Shown here piece after piece: positions 1 to 8,719 of a stretch of DNA of 14,925 nt. Made by a program: the position numbers and the translations under genes. The notes under the pieces were generated by a model, which saw only the letters and a program-made list of their open reading frames with translations, was not told the DNA's origin and ran no database searches. Position 1 is the stretch's first letter, and every line of letters begins with the position of its first letter. The DNA comes from Bdellovibrionota bacterium. GTDB lineage: Bacteria > Bdellovibrionota_C > UBA2361 > OMIW01. Location: positions 1 through 14,925 of the forward strand of contig JBIJBT010000069.1 in NCBI GenBank assembly GCA_044345055.1, given 5' to 3'.

Positions 1-22
1 GATATTCGTAAAGGATCTTTGC

Positions 23-1990
23 ATGCCCGGTAGCCGCTCTCTCTCCTCCCGCCGCTCGAGCCAATCTACTCGTTGTGCCTCACCACTGGCGCAAACGACC
101 TATGCTCTATCTGTTTGCGCAGCAACCGCTCTTCCCTTTCTTTCAGGATGCGGAAAAAAAGAGGAGCCCGCATCGACAGCTCCAACCCCGCCCGCATCCG
201 TAACAGTAGAAGATCTAGGCCTAATGGCACGAGCGCCTGCGGAATCATTTTTGCTCGTTTCATATGATGGAGAGAGTGAGGGTGGCAAGCGTTCTTATGC
301 GCAGTCGCTTGCGGCGGTCCGTGGCTTCATTAAGAGTCCAAAAGCACCATCAGCTAAACCTTCTTCCGAACAAAAGAGCGGCGCTTCTTCGACTGCTCCC
401 GCAGTTCAAGGACCACGCTCAATTAAGGCCATACAACAGGACATATCAGATATTCTCGAGAGCGCAGGTTTCCTTCCGAGCGAACCCGCACCCACACCAC
501 TCTATCGCGAAGCGATTCTTTTCGCCGTGGCCGGTAAAGCTGATGGTATTGTTTCTGGTGGACTTTGCGCATCGGGTCCAGATTTCTCCTCAAAGCTCGA
601 GTCGCTAATTGCGGCAGCTCGTGCGCGTAACTACGATATAGTCGAACACAAACTTAGCTCGGCAAACGGATATGCTTTAACAGCCGACATCATTGCTGAA
701 AGCGATAGTTCTGAAAATTCGGTAGAAGAATCGAAGGATAAAACTTCCTCCACCAAGCCAAAAAGCACCCGCGTAACGCTCTATCTTGGAGCCTCTGCCG
801 GGGGTCTTATTGGTGTAAGCTCGTCAGCTGATGCGGTCTCTCAGTGTCTCAATCCAGCCGCATCGGCGGTGCCTCCGATCGCAACAGGTGCGGCTATCAG
901 ACAATTGGTCGCCCGTCATCCGCACGTTCCGGATGATTTCCTTAACGTTTATTTCGATCTCGACCTATTCAAAAAAGGGCTCGAATCAAAGAGAGACGCT
1001 CTTGAAAAGATGCTAGGTGCATCTCCATCCGCTGCAGCGACTCCTTGTGTCGGCGAAGAGTCTTGCAAGGCAGCCGTAAATACTACATCTATAAATAAGG
1101 GCGATGACGATATAGCCTCTCGACTCCCCTCGTTACAGGAGACAATAACTGAGATTAATAACCTTCCAGCTCGTGCTGTCCTCACGAAGGGCTCCCTTAC
1201 CAGTGAAGGTGCTGTCACATTCAGAGTTGCGACTGTGATCGACAAGCAGAGTCCGCGAGGAGCAAAGTGGTACCGAGATCTTGAGGAATCATCAATTCCG
1301 CGGGCACTTGCATCGATATCCGATGATGCAGCGGTGCTTCTCGGAGTTCACGCTCCAATTGGAAAGATCGCCGCAAGCATTCCGCTACCCCTCGATGGGC
1401 AGTATGCATCGGTGGGCTCAATCGGTTCAGTGGCTATCAGTGTACTCGGCCTTCCAGCTGGAGCACTTGCTCCAGAGCTCGCAATCGTCATTGAATCATC
1501 AGCTCCGAGCGATCTCCGAAAGCTAGTAAAAAGCTCATTACAGCCTCTTGCAGCGCAGGGTGGACTTCCGCCGAGCTCATGGCAGGTTAAACAAGTTGCA
1601 GGTAGCTCTACTGATTATGTCCTGAGCCCATTCGGTGTCGGTATATTTATTGCCGAAGTATCAGACGGAGTTCTCGTAAGCTCAACAGAGTCGGCATTGA
1701 CGCAGCTAATAAAAAATCATGAAGGTGGTTCGTCGGACAAAACAGCTCAAATGCTTCGACTAACGGCCGGAACCCGCGCACCCTTTGCTGCTCGTGTTGA
1801 TGCGAATCGGCTAGCAGCGATGGCGCGAAGTCTCCAAGCCACTCTCAGTATGCTCTCAAAAGATGCTGCTGCTGTTAAGACTGAGCAGATAGATCGGTTT
1901 GGGGAGCTCGGAACGATGTATCTCACCCTCGAGTTTAATGATGGGTTTACCGAGCTAGTGTGGCGCAAGATACCAGCTGCTAAGGGGTAA
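23..1990 (+). CDS. Hypothetical lipoprotein, 655 aa (possibly DUF3352-like, two-fold internal repeat)
   Basis: Long ORF with an AGGA RBS-like motif at 12-15. A hydrophobic stretch ends in lipobox L-S-G-C (Cys43, codon 149-151) and is followed by a Pro/Ser/Thr-rich linker (GKKEEPASTAPTPP). No catalytic motifs recognised. Confidence 0.75.
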   Translation: MPGSRSLSSRRSSQSTRCASPLAQTTYALSVCAATALPFLSGCGKKEEPASTAPTPPASVTVEDLGLMARAPAESFLLVSYDGESEGGKRSYAQSLAAVRGFIKSPKAPSAKPSSEQKSGASSTAPAVQGPRSIKAIQQDISDILESAGFLPSEPAPTPLYREAILFAVAGKADGIVSGGLCASGPDFSSKLESLIAAARARNYDIVEHKLSSANGYALTADIIAESDSSENSVEESKDKTSSTKPKSTRVTLYLGASAGGLIGVSSSADAVSQCLNPAASAVPPIATGAAIRQLVARHPHVPDDFLNVYFDLDLFKKGLESKRDALEKMLGASPSAAATPCVGEESCKAAVNTTSINKGDDDIASRLPSLQETITEINNLPARAVLTKGSLTSEGAVTFRVATVIDKQSPRGAKWYRDLEESSIPRALASISDDAAVLLGVHAPIGKIAASIPLPLDGQYASVGSIGSVAISVLGLPAGALAPELAIVIESSAPSDLRKLVKSSLQPLAAQGGLPPSSWQVKQVAGSSTDYVLSPFGVGIFIAEVSDGVLVSSTESALTQLIKNHEGGSSDKTAQMLRLTAGTRAPFAARVDANRLAAMARSLQATLSMLSKDAAAVKTEQIDRFGELGTMYLTLEFNDGFTELVWRKIPAAKG

Positions 1991-2002
1991 TCGAAGGATG
2001 CA

Positions 2003-2088
2003 AGGGTTGGATATCGTTGCAGCAGCGCGAAGCTCTTAACTCCGATGGAGTCGCGCTATTTCGCGGTCGCTGTTTCGATATCCTTCCT
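2003..2088. other. Long imperfect inverted repeat / structured intergenic element
   Basis: Nested complementary arms: GGATATCG 2009-2016 / CGATATCC 2076-2083; CAGC 2020-2023 / GCTG 2069-2072; CGCGAA 2026-2031 / TTCGCG 2060-2065; ACTCC 2039-2043 / GGAGT 2047-2051. Confidence 0.6.
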
Positions 2089-2148
2089 AAATACCCGCTC
2101 TGATAGGTTGCTCTCATAAGGTGAGCACACCGCTATAGAGAATCGATC

Positions 2149-3849
2149 ATGGATACAATCAAACTTCCGATCGGAGTATCCGATTTTCGCGAGCTTCGTA
2201 AGGGCGAGTTTTATTATATCGATAAATCTCAATTTATCCCCGAGCTCATCAACTCTTCATCCCTCGTTACTCTAATCCCAAGACCTCGGCGATTCGGAAA
2301 GACTCTGAACATGACCATGTTGCAGAGCTGGTTTGAAAAGCTCCCCGAAGGTGGAACTCATACTCACCTGCTGGATGGATTAAAGGCAGATATAACACCA
2401 GGCGAGCATCATGCTCTGAGGGGGAAGATCCCGGTAGTTTTTTTGAGCTTTAAGGATGTAAAGGAAACAACTGCAGCGGAGGTTATTCGCAAGATTACTG
2501 AGGTTGTTCAGGCTGAAACGATTAGATTGAGCCCTTGGTGGGAGGATGCTCCTATCGAGATTCAGTTCCGAAGAAAACTTGATTCATTGCGAGATGGTGT
2601 CCCGACCTCAGCGGAACTGTCAATGAGTCTTCAAACAATCACCCACGTCCTCGCAAAAGTTTCTGGCCATCCTCCATTAGTTCTAATCGATGAGTATGAC
2701 ACTCCTATCACCTCCGGCGTAGAGCATGGATTTTTTACTGAGGTTGTAAATTTCTTCCGAAACTTCTTATCGGCGGGATTGAAGGATAATTCATTTATCT
2801 GGAAGGGGGTTTTAACCGGCATTCTTCAGGTGAGTAAAGAGAATCTCTTCTCCGGTCTAAATAACATCGTCGTTCTTCCCCTAGTCGAAACCGATCTAGA
2901 TAGCTGCTTTGGGCTGCTCGAGGATGAGGTTCAGAAATTATTAAGCGACTTTGGACTGATCGATAAAATTGATGAGGTTCGGGAGTGGTATAACGGTTAT
3001 TTGTTCGGAGCAAATCAGATCTACAACCCATGGTCTCTCATCAGCTATGTCAGTAGGCCGCACACCGGATTTCAACCCTTCTGGGTTAACACCGCTAGCA
3101 CTCTGCTTATGGGAAAAGCTATCGCGGGTAGTAATGGTATTCTCCGAGACGAGATAGAGGTTCTAATACAGCAGGGGAGTGTACAAACGAGCATAGATCA
3201 ACACGTCCAATATCACGAGGAAGGTATACGGCCAGATGATATCTGGAGTTTTTTCCTCTTTACCGGATATCTCACCCCCGCAATCCCGACCCACCTCGAC
3301 GAATCCGGGCAACATGTTGCTCAACTCAAAATACCAAACAAAGAGGTGCTTGTTGCGTATCAGAAACTTGTTACTGATTGGACAAAGGAGAAACTTGGAT
3401 CGAGCGAAGCAGTTACCGACATGCTCACCGGTCTTATCACCGGCGATGAGGAGCTTTTTGTTCCTGAGTTTAACAAGCTAATAGAAACGGTTTTAAGTAC
3501 CCACGATGTTACAAGACGAACATCTGAAAGTTTTTATCACGCATTCGTTACGGGAATGTTAGTTCAGCTCAACGCGACCCACTTAATCCGTAGCAATCGA
3601 GAAAGTGGTCGAGGCCGATACGATGTGATGGTAGAACCAAGAGACAAGTCCCGTTATCCGGGGGTTATTATTGAATTCAAAGTAGTTCCAGCAAAGGGAA
3701 GCTTAGAGGAAACTCTAGAGAGCGCGCACCAGCAGATAGTTGAAAAACGTTACGCCGCAGAGCTTCGACAAGCTGGGTGTCGGGAGGTGATTCAGTGGGG
3801 GATTGTGTTTCGGGGCAAGGAGAGCTTGATTAGTGTGCGTGAGGGGTAG
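2149..3849 (+). CDS. AAA-ATPase-like domain (PF09820-type) fused to C-terminal PD-(D/E)XK nuclease (PDDEXK_9-type)
   Basis: Family-typical N-terminus LPIGVSDF...YYIDKS, Walker A RPRRFGKT, Walker B VLIDEYD, LTGI...FSGLNN, WYNGY..YNPWS, ESFYH, and nuclease motif NRESGRGRYD...IIEFK. Confidence 0.93.
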   Translation: MDTIKLPIGVSDFRELRKGEFYYIDKSQFIPELINSSSLVTLIPRPRRFGKTLNMTMLQSWFEKLPEGGTHTHLLDGLKADITPGEHHALRGKIPVVFLSFKDVKETTAAEVIRKITEVVQAETIRLSPWWEDAPIEIQFRRKLDSLRDGVPTSAELSMSLQTITHVLAKVSGHPPLVLIDEYDTPITSGVEHGFFTEVVNFFRNFLSAGLKDNSFIWKGVLTGILQVSKENLFSGLNNIVVLPLVETDLDSCFGLLEDEVQKLLSDFGLIDKIDEVREWYNGYLFGANQIYNPWSLISYVSRPHTGFQPFWVNTASTLLMGKAIAGSNGILRDEIEVLIQQGSVQTSIDQHVQYHEEGIRPDDIWSFFLFTGYLTPAIPTHLDESGQHVAQLKIPNKEVLVAYQKLVTDWTKEKLGSSEAVTDMLTGLITGDEELFVPEFNKLIETVLSTHDVTRRTSESFYHAFVTGMLVQLNATHLIRSNRESGRGRYDVMVEPRDKSRYPGVIIEFKVVPAKGSLEETLESAHQQIVEKRYAAELRQAGCREVIQWGIVFRGKESLISVREG

Positions 3850-3872
3850 GGTCTGCTAGCGCCCCCCCCCCG

Positions 3873-5333
3873 CTACAACTTCTCAACCTTCATCGTACCA
3901 TCATTCATCTTTAGCAATGATCTTTTTCCATTAAGCTCCGTTTCGAGCACTACCTCTCGCTCCCATAGCGCTCTGATGTGGCGGAGGGTGTGTTCGGCGT
4001 ATTCTAGCTGAAGGTCGCGGCCGTCGTGGGAGTGGATTAAATACAGAGTGCGGTTTTTTCCAAAATCGGCATCATCAATTTTGATAACGGGTATAGAGCC
4101 CATGCCGGTGTTTTTAATCAGATTCTCCTTAATTTCTTCCCATCCCTCGTCATCAGCAACTTTCGTGATAACCCGATCTTTACCCCGTTTTTCGTGCTGA
4201 AAAAGCTCCAGATCGCGCATTACATCGACCGTCAGGAATCTGCGCAAAAATGAGGCATCGCGATCAGATTCACGGACCTCGAATATCTTTTTCCGGCCTG
4301 GAGTATCATTTTCATCGAGAGTTGAAATGTCCACTGCTGGCCTGTCATCGCTATATTCTCTTCCAGTGTTCCCCTCGTTCCAGCGCCGCTCGATATCGTG
4401 CCACAGCACAAATCCAAGATGGTACGGATTAATTCCACCAGGGTGGGGGCGCAAAACCTGATTGTGTCTTACCAGGAACTCAAGTTGATGGCCCTGCTCA
4501 AGATTAAGTGAGTTCAAGATCTTGTGGTGCCAATAGCTGGCCCACCCTTCGTTCATAATCTTAGTTTCCATCTGAGGGAGAAAATAGCGCGCCTCTTGAT
4601 CGACTATCCGCAACACATCGCGCTTCCAATCAGGAAGAAATGGATTATTGTCCGCGATAAATAGAAGAATATCTTCTTCAGGTTCGAGTGGATATTTATT
4701 CAGCTCTGGCGGCTGAAATGTTTTTGGTGGGTGAATATTGCTCCACGGATCTTCTGTTCCGCGACTTGCCTGAATACGACGTTGAAGCTGCTCCTCATGA
4801 GAGAGCTTTTTAATCGCCATATTTCGTTGACAATTCCACGAGATAGCGTGTGCATGGTCAATCGTAGACTCGACTAAATCAATATTTATTGATGGATCTT
4901 CGCTGTAAGATTTTACCCGATTTGCGTGATTTTTGAATATCTCAATCGTGTATTGCGCATCGAGACCAGACTTAAAGGTAAAGTTATTCGCAAAAAAATC
5001 GTTATGACCGTATACGTGCGCTATCGTTAAGATCTGGAGAAGAAGAGTATTGTCTCGCATCAGATAAGCAAGACACGGATTGGAGTTTATAACCATCTCA
5101 TACGGTAGCCCCGAGACTCCGTATTCGTACATAGTTTTTTGCCGCTCGTAACCTTTGCCGTACGACCAGTGAGGATAATGCGATGGCATTCCCGAGTAGG
5201 CCATATAGCCTATCATGTCGTTGTGGTCGCAGATCTCAAACTCTTGGGGATAGCAATTGAGCTTGTATCGCTGAACAAGCTCAATAATCTTGTCATCCCA
5301 CCGCTTTAACTCATCGAGATCGTAATCGGTCAT
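3873..5333 (-). CDS. spoVR: SpoVR family protein (SpoVR/YcgB)
   Basis: Motifs YPHWSYGK, YEMVINSNPCLAYL, AHVYGHNDFF, TKIMNEGWASYWH and NPYHLG. Canonical position downstream of prkA and yhbH. Confidence 0.96.
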   Translation of the reverse strand: MTDYDLDELKRWDDKIIELVQRYKLNCYPQEFEICDHNDMIGYMAYSGMPSHYPHWSYGKGYERQKTMYEYGVSGLPYEMVINSNPCLAYLMRDNTLLLQILTIAHVYGHNDFFANNFTFKSGLDAQYTIEIFKNHANRVKSYSEDPSINIDLVESTIDHAHAISWNCQRNMAIKKLSHEEQLQRRIQASRGTEDPWSNIHPPKTFQPPELNKYPLEPEEDILLFIADNNPFLPDWKRDVLRIVDQEARYFLPQMETKIMNEGWASYWHHKILNSLNLEQGHQLEFLVRHNQVLRPHPGGINPYHLGFVLWHDIERRWNEGNTGREYSDDRPAVDISTLDENDTPGRKKIFEVRESDRDASFLRRFLTVDVMRDLELFQHEKRGKDRVITKVADDEGWEEIKENLIKNTGMGSIPVIKIDDADFGKNRTLYLIHSHDGRDLQLEYAEHTLRHIRALWEREVVLETELNGKRSLLKMNDGTMKVEKL

Positions 5334-5375
5334 AGCATCCTGTTATCTTGATCAGTTGAGGCACTTCGCCCGGCC

Positions 5376-6587
5376 CTACGGAGCAGCAGCGGCTTGGGCG
5401 GATTCAAATCCGAGCGTTCTCGTTTTATCTTTTGTTAAAACTGCCCGAAATGCCGTCCAGAGATCCTCTTTTCGCTCGATTGTAACCATACAGAAATTTT
5501 CTGATTTCACCTCCGAGAGAGTTTCGAGCATACTTCCGCTGTAATAAGCACTTCCTGCTGGTTTTATCTCTCCATACCCAAACAGGTTGCATACATCACA
5601 TAGCTCTTTAGCTGCTGCCACCGCTCTCTCATTATCTGAATAAAAGTTATCACCATCCGAGCAGTGGAATGCGTAAATATTCCAGAGTGAAGGGTGAAAT
5701 CTATCCTGAATTATATCTAGAGCTTTGCGATATCCCGAGGATATATAAGTTCCTCCCGATTCGACCTTATGAAAAAACTCTTCTTCTGTTACCTCTTTTG
5801 CCTCGGTATGGTGGGCAATAAAGACTACCTCGACGTTATTATATTTTTGTCTCACGAACTGATAGAGGAGAAAATAGAAGCTTCTCGCGAGATATTTTTT
5901 TACCGTGCCCATCGATCCGGAGGTATCCATAATGCAAAATACGACCGCATTTGATTCTTCTCGCTCGGTTGGAACGATGTGAAAGTACCGCATGTCATCT
6001 TTATGGAATGGGAATCGGCGATCCTCATTTTCAAAATCAAGATCGCGGTCACCTCCGACCGCCATTTTTCGGCGCACTCTATTTCGCGCTGTCATCCGCT
6101 TGTCGAGTCGGGGACGTATACCAGCGTGACGTCGACCCTTTCGTTTCATCGCATCAGCTGAGATGATCTGTTTTAACGATTTTCGCTCGAGTTCTGGAAG
6201 CTCAAGATCTTCGAACATTATATCGATCAGTTCATCGAGGGTAATCTCAGTCTCAAATGCATCTACCCCCGGCTGATTTCCGCCCTCGCCCTGACCCTGT
6301 CCCTGCTCCGGCGAACTCTGGACTATATCGCCAGCCTGCTGATCGCCATTTCCCTGCGCAACACCAGGCGAATTATCGCCGTAAATAAACCTAAACTCTT
6401 TAATAGATCGGATCGGTACCTTGATAACTTTGTCCCGATCTCTTCCGATTATCGATTCTTCTGCGAGGATATCTCCAATGTTGTCACGAATCGAATCTTT
6501 TATCTTTTGGCGATGTCGAAGACGGTCACGCGCACTTCTATCGGAACGTTGCGATGCAGGGGCATAAGGTCTAAATATCGTACTCAT
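5376..6587 (-). CDS. yhbH: YhbH/YeaH family (DUF444) vWA-domain protein
   Basis: DRLRHRQK N-terminus, Gly/Gln-rich linker, MIDAS-like MDTSGSM, FIAHHTEA, ESGGT and FHCSDGDN motifs. RBS AGGAGG at 6591-6596 (minus strand). Confidence 0.95.
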   Translation of the reverse strand: MSTIFRPYAPASQRSDRSARDRLRHRQKIKDSIRDNIGDILAEESIIGRDRDKVIKVPIRSIKEFRFIYGDNSPGVAQGNGDQQAGDIVQSSPEQGQGQGEGGNQPGVDAFETEITLDELIDIMFEDLELPELERKSLKQIISADAMKRKGRRHAGIRPRLDKRMTARNRVRRKMAVGGDRDLDFENEDRRFPFHKDDMRYFHIVPTEREESNAVVFCIMDTSGSMGTVKKYLARSFYFLLYQFVRQKYNNVEVVFIAHHTEAKEVTEEEFFHKVESGGTYISSGYRKALDIIQDRFHPSLWNIYAFHCSDGDNFYSDNERAVAAAKELCDVCNLFGYGEIKPAGSAYYSGSMLETLSEVKSENFCMVTIERKEDLWTAFRAVLTKDKTRTLGFESAQAAAAP

Positions 6588-6667
6588 GCCCCTCCTTTGA
6601 CTCCATATCCCAACCAGATTGCGCGTTAACTGCTCAATCTACGACCAACTAATCTCCAGCGATTTAA

Positions 6668-8596
6668 CTAATCCTTCCAAAGATTATTTGCTGCATACTT
6701 GAGAATCGTATCAACGCAGCTTGCTGGATACCCATTCCTGATGAGCTGTTCAACCATTCTGTCGTACTTCTTGGATTGATCATCATCTCTAGTGCGCGCC
6801 TTTGTGATTATCCGTGATACATCTCGAACACTCGACATCAGCTTTTTCTCTATGGCTTCTTTGAGCGGCTCATAGCTTTCGTAAGTTATTTTTTCTCCTT
6901 TCCGTCCGACACTCCAGAGATACGCAATTATCTCCTGCCTGAATCCATCGGCTGCAGTTCCAACAATTGCAATCTGCTCCTCAATAGACTTCATGAAAGA
7001 TTCATCTGGCTCGAGCTCTTCTCCGGTATTTCGATCCTTGAAGCGTCTTTTAGTGACGTACGCCTCGGCGTGATCGAGATAGTTTTGGAATAGAGATTCT
7101 GCCTGTTCTTGATAGGAGTATACGAATGCCTTGGTGATCTCCCTCTCGAGAATTTCGAGATATTCTTTGTGGAGAGTATCCTGAAGAAACTCTAGATATC
7201 GCTTACGTACATCCTCAGCAAAATCAGATTCTTTTACCATGTTGACCAGTGCTTCACGAACACTGATTGGATGAATACAGTTTGCCTCGATATTATCAGA
7301 GAGCGCGTTATCGAGCGCTTTCATGATAAATCTGGTCGAGATACCGGTCATCCCTTCGCTCTTTGCCTCTTCTCGAAGCTCGGTGAGATCGATCTTTTTC
7401 GTCCGTCCTTTTTCGACTACTTCTTCACCATTGTAGAGCTTTAGCTTTGTTAAAAGATCGCACTTATTGGTTGGATCGAGTCGACTCAAGATAGCGAACA
7501 TCGAAGCTACCTCAATGGTGTGGGGCGCAATGTCGGCGGTGAATCGGGATTGTCGGATCAATTTCCGATATATTTTTACCTCTTCGGAGAGACGTAAATT
7601 ATAGGGGACCTTAACCGTTACGATACGGTCAAGAATAGCCTCGTTCGTGTGGTCACTCTTAAATCTTTTCCACTCCGCCTCGTTCGAGTGCGCGACTATA
7701 CATGTATCGACATAGATCATTCCGTGACGACCAGGAGCCGGTATCGACTTCTCCTGAGTTGCGGTAATCATTGCATGGAGGTATTCGGTCTCGTTCTTAA
7801 ATACCTCGATAAACTCGACCATCCCACGGTTCCCAACGTTCAACGCTCCGGAGAGATCTAAAACACGCGGGTCACCTTCAGAGTAAAGGTCAAGCTTCGA
7901 TATATCCTCACCACCGATAAGAACGCTCGTATCCTGATTGTTTGGATCTACGGGAGGCACCACGCCAATGCCCCGCTTTGCGCGAATACTAAACTCGAGG
8001 GTGCGAATCGGCATCTCTTCCCATCGTCCCTGGAACTCCTCTTTCAATCGATATCGGCATACTGGACATAGATCTCCCTCAATCTGCCCACCGAGTTGCT
8101 TCACGAATTCTTTCCGTAGATGGCGAGGAATAAGATGGAGTGGCTCCTCATACATCGGACACCCATCAATCGCGTAGAAAAAGCTGAGCTCTTCTAGACC
8201 TTTTTTGAGCCGCTCCACTAACGAGCTTTTTCCCGAGCCGACTGGCCCAACAAGATAAAGCACCTGTCGGCTCTCCTCTCCTTTGAGGGATGCCGAGTGA
8301 AAATAACGAACTATCTGATTTATAGTCTTCTCCAGTCCGTAAAAATCCTCGGAGAAGAAGTTAAATGTTCTTACAGAACCAGATTTGTATAGCCGTTTTA
8401 GCTTTGGGTCCTCATCTGCAGATATGTCTCGAACCCCACACGAGACGATCATATCGTAGAGCCGCTTGTGCGCGAGCTTTCCAATGTCCGGGTTATCCTT
8501 GGCAAGCTCCAGATACTCAAGAAGCGTGCCTTTCCAGCTCGTTTTCTTTCTCGCTTCTCGATCCTGTTGGATAATCCGTTGAAACTCTTCAGTCAT
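6668..8596 (-). CDS. prkA: PrkA/YeaG family AAA+ ATPase ('serine protein kinase PrkA'), 642 aa
   Basis: Walker A GPVGSGKS, GCPMYEEPL, NRGMVEFIEVFK, AHSNEAEW, DRIVTVKVPY and GMTGISTRF motifs. Start moved to ATG 8596 (MTEEFQ), which has RBS GGAGGGAG at 8602-8609 with a 5-nt spacer. The TTG at 8713 adds 39 residues that do not look family-like. Confidence 0.95.
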   Translation of the reverse strand: MTEEFQRIIQQDREARKKTSWKGTLLEYLELAKDNPDIGKLAHKRLYDMIVSCGVRDISADEDPKLKRLYKSGSVRTFNFFSEDFYGLEKTINQIVRYFHSASLKGEESRQVLYLVGPVGSGKSSLVERLKKGLEELSFFYAIDGCPMYEEPLHLIPRHLRKEFVKQLGGQIEGDLCPVCRYRLKEEFQGRWEEMPIRTLEFSIRAKRGIGVVPPVDPNNQDTSVLIGGEDISKLDLYSEGDPRVLDLSGALNVGNRGMVEFIEVFKNETEYLHAMITATQEKSIPAPGRHGMIYVDTCIVAHSNEAEWKRFKSDHTNEAILDRIVTVKVPYNLRLSEEVKIYRKLIRQSRFTADIAPHTIEVASMFAILSRLDPTNKCDLLTKLKLYNGEEVVEKGRTKKIDLTELREEAKSEGMTGISTRFIMKALDNALSDNIEANCIHPISVREALVNMVKESDFAEDVRKRYLEFLQDTLHKEYLEILEREITKAFVYSYQEQAESLFQNYLDHAEAYVTKRRFKDRNTGEELEPDESFMKSIEEQIAIVGTAADGFRQEIIAYLWSVGRKGEKITYESYEPLKEAIEKKLMSSVRDVSRIITKARTRDDDQSKKYDRMVEQLIRNGYPASCVDTILKYAANNLWKD

Positions 8597-8601
8597 AGGT
8601 G

Positions 8602-8609
8602 CTCCCTCC
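8602..8609 (-). promoter_or_regulatory. Shine-Dalgarno site of prkA
   Basis: Plus-strand CTCCCTCC reads GGAGGGAG on the minus strand, 5 nt upstream of ATG 8596. Confidence 0.8.
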
Positions 8610-8699
8610 ACAATCGGCACGTGGTCTACGGCCTCTGCTACTATGATGATCGAAAGGAGAGTTTGGTTTGGAAAAGTTTGAGAGGGTTGTCGAGTTTTT

Positions 8700-8719
8700 G
8701 CCGATTTTTGCAAATCGGC
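8700..8719. promoter_or_regulatory. Perfect 8-bp inverted repeat, candidate operator or hairpin
   Basis: GCCGATTT-TTGC-AAATCGGC, about 105 bp upstream of the prkA start in the divergent intergenic region. Confidence 0.4.

Noticed and set aside
8597..8713. 39-aa N-terminal extension of PrkA from TTG 8713
   Set aside because: No RBS at the TTG and the sequence does not look family-like. ATG 8596 has a strong RBS and gives a typical PrkA length.
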